Part shown: positions 47,367 to 50,099 of the stretch, one piece after another
Layout: each line of letters begins with the position of its first letter
Numbering within the stretch: position 1 is the first letter of the stretch
Source: Seison nebaliae
Taxonomy: Eukaryota
DNA: 50,099 bases
Direction of reading: 5' to 3'
NCBI GenBank assembly: GCA_023231475.1
Contig: JALJEE010000556.1
Span: forward strand, 62,001-112,099
Notes under the pieces: model-generated
Told to the model about the DNA's origin: nothing
Database searches by the model: none
The model's input: only the letters and a program-made list of their open reading frames with translations
Translations under genes and position numbers: made by a program

Positions 47367-49384
47367 CTAACATGACGAACTATTTCCGACGATCGATTGG
47401 ACGATTTTGGGTTTATATGCGTTAATAAATTGATCATTATTATTTTTATTCTCATCATCAGGTGTTAATATATACTCATAAGAATGAGATGAATGTGATT
47501 TCTGATTTATTTTTTGTGGTGTATATATCTCATCTGGCTTATTGCTCGCTGTCATAACAATAAATGAAACTTGAAATATTTTAAAATATTCTAACCAGAT
47601 TTAGTAACATTATCGTTGGAGTTTATCTCCTTCGTTTCTTTCGTTTCAGTTACTTTGGTTGTAAGATGAATTAATAAAATTTGAATATGAGGATATTTTA
47701 GATAATTCCAAATTATAAAATAACTTTTTGACAATTTTAGTTTCATTTCTTCCTCTCTAACACATGGCCCTTGTAAACAAGGTTCGGTTTCATGTTTCTT
47801 TATCTTCTTTTCGCGCTCATCTAAATCAGATTCAAAGGAAATAGAAAAATAGATGGAAAAATTTCACTAACGTACAGCTTTCTTTATTTCCACCATTTGT
47901 TGTTCGTATTTATTTTTCTCTTGAATACATGGCGGTTCCAAGCAAGGTTTGATTTCATGTTTCTTTGTCTTCTCTTCACGTTCATCTAAATTAGAATCAA
48001 AAGAAATAAAAAGGTAAATTGAAACATTCAGCTAACGTTCAACTTTCATTATGTCCTTCATCAATCCAGGTTTCTCAACCGTTGTTTCTTCTTTTTGTCC
48101 CTTCCTAAGAAATGGGCGGTTCGGGAATGGTTCAACTTCCTTATTCTTTATTCTCTCCTCACGTCTCTCTGAATTAAGTAGACATTAACGTTAAATAGAT
48201 AAACGATTTGACTAACTTACGGCTGCAATCACTTCATTCATTAATCCATTTGATGCTAATGGCTGAGAGAGCGTATTTGAAGTTGGGACTGCTGTTTGCT
48301 GTGGTACATTTTCACTGACAATTAATGGTTAGGGTCAATAATGAAGTTTTACAAACTTGTTAACTGAAGCGTCAACTGCTTTGAACGATTCAGGTAGAGG
48401 TGATGCTGGAGGCGGTGGAGCTTGTCTTTTCGGTCTTTTTGGAACTGGCCCTTTCGGTCTTTTTGGAGCTGGTTCTTTCGGTCTTGGTGGTCCTTCTGAT
48501 ACTTTTGTTATTTGTTGCTTTGCAAGGTAATCTGGTACTTTTTGTGATTTTGGTGGTATTGGCGGAGTTGTTTGTGGAGGCATTCGTGAAGGTATTCGTG
48601 GGGGTATTCGTGGGGGTATTCGTGGAGGTATTCGTGGAGGTATTCGTGGAGCTCTTGACGGTGAAAGTGTTCCTTGTAATAGTTGAATATTTTTTGTCTT
48701 CCGTTGTGGAGGTGGCGGTGGAGCTCTAATTGGCGGTAGCATGACGCCTAAGAATAAGAATCGAAAGTTTTAGAAACTGAACTAAAATATGTCAATATTT
48801 CCTCCAGTGTTTCAAGGAACTTTGAAGAGTAAAGTCCTTTTTTAATTTACGACTTGATCTGAACCTGAGATCTCAAATATCAGCAAACGAATCAACATTT
48901 TAAATTACGAATAATATTTAAGTATCATACGTGTGTTTTATAACTACTAATCAAAGCTATAGTTAATTAAAATCGACTAACCAACGTTTTAGCAAACGGA
49001 ACAAAATTCAAATGAACTAACGAGTTTGTGTTGGTGTCAATGGTGTAATATATTTAGGTTGTTGTTGTTCATTTAATAAATGCGGTGATACAGCAGTTTG
49101 TTGTAACATAGGTTTCGATACTGTAGGTAAGTCACTGATATGTTCATCGTGTTTTTTTCCATATCTCTTTTTTAACCCACGAAAGTACTTACTAATTTTA
49201 TTCTTCCTCCATGAGAATTTTGAGCCGAAAAAAATGATTTATTAATAGATAATCCATTGTTCAACTTATGAACCACTAACTGACTATTATCGAATTTCCT
49301 TAAAATTTGAAAGATTAGAATCATAGAAGTAAATCTAAAAAATTTACCTAAAACAAGTACGGTCACGTAGAAATACCAATTCAT
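47367..49384 (-). CDS. Orphan multi-exon Pro/Lys/Glu-rich protein with a hydrophobic N-terminus and tandemly duplicated exons
   Basis: Start MNWYFYVTVLVL; Pro-rich exon (PPRI repeats, PKRPK); three related exons of the type DEREEK.KKHE..PC..P; several GTTAG donors. The ends are uncertain. Confidence 0.5.
48579..48650. repeat. 12-bp coding minisatellite (6 units) encoding Pro-Arg-Ile-Pro repeats on the minus strand
   Basis: ggtattcgtgg(g/a) five times plus one degenerate unit ggcattcgtgaa. Confidence 0.9.
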
Positions 49385-50099
49385 TAAAGACGAAAAAAAA
49401 AGAACAAAATTAAATCAAAAACAAGTTTTTTTAGTTTGTGGTTTCAATTGTTTTTCATTTTAATTACTAGTTTAATAGTATTATGAAATCAAATTACTCA
49501 ATTAGTTTAATTTTTTGCTCAAATTGATAACAATTATATAGAATATATATGTTCAGTCTATGTGAGCTGACACCTTTGCCACTGCTCTTAGCGAAGAGAT
49601 ATCTGAACATTATCGATTCGGTGCAAAATTCTGATCTCACAGTACCTACTTTCGTACAGTGCGAGATCCAAAATTCTCCAATCAAATTTTTCTGTACTTA
49701 TTATTCCTTAAGTTTTCCTGAATCGTATGATGCCGCGTCTCTGTTTCTTATCAAATTTCTCTATTGATTCTTATATACCAAAAATACTAAAGAACCAGTT
49801 GGTATCTGGTAAGAATCTCATTACCAATAACTACCAATCATAATACGTATAATGTAAATTAATAATAATATCTGATATAAAATTAGGCAAATAACAAAGT
49901 TTTTCTGAATAACAATTATGCTGTTTGTTCTGAAGTTTTCTTTATTGTCAGGACTCATATATGGAAAAGGCGACAACGCGCAATCTCTCATTTGAATCTC
50001 AAACTCCGGACTCATATTTCGTGTATAATATTCGTATGTGTAGAATTATTTGATAATAATTAAAATAGATGGATATTCATTTATAGAAAGTCTAGACTA

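Noticed and set aside
48579..48650. Short direct repeats as a CRISPR-like array
   Set aside because: They are head-to-tail 12-mers without spacers inside a eukaryotic coding exon.
49494..50015. Short ORFs and an imperfect hairpin (about 49633-49668) at the window end
   Set aside because: I could not build a consistent spliced frame or match an RNA family; it may belong to a gene extending beyond the window.

Overview
This is AT-rich eukaryotic (animal) genomic DNA from a very gene-dense, compact genome. It uses the standard genetic code and has many tiny spliceosomal introns, mostly 41-66 nt. The taxon cannot be fixed from the sequence; a small invertebrate is an inference. Hand-spliced genes, in order: the 3' end of a neurexin-like membrane protein, an HR3/ROR (NR1F) nuclear receptor with long Asn-rich regions, an orphan 4-TM protein, an intronless PCSK7-like convertase, a KIF28/KLP-6-type kinesin-3, a transposon-debris island with a rearranged non-LTR retrotransposon, a large secreted VWD/C8/TIL/EGF/SUEL-lectin protein, selenoprotein N (in-frame UGA, SRE-like hairpin, candidate SECIS), SmD2, RB1CC1/FIP200, three orphan genes, NSDHL and a Pro-rich orphan with duplicated exons. 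The strongest unusual signal is the splicing code. Of 55 introns I placed by restoring reading frames in six recognisable genes, 53 start GTT instead of the usual GTA/GTG. AAG acceptors are frequent and there appears to be a minimum length of about 41 nt. All intron calls are manual, with no transcript evidence.
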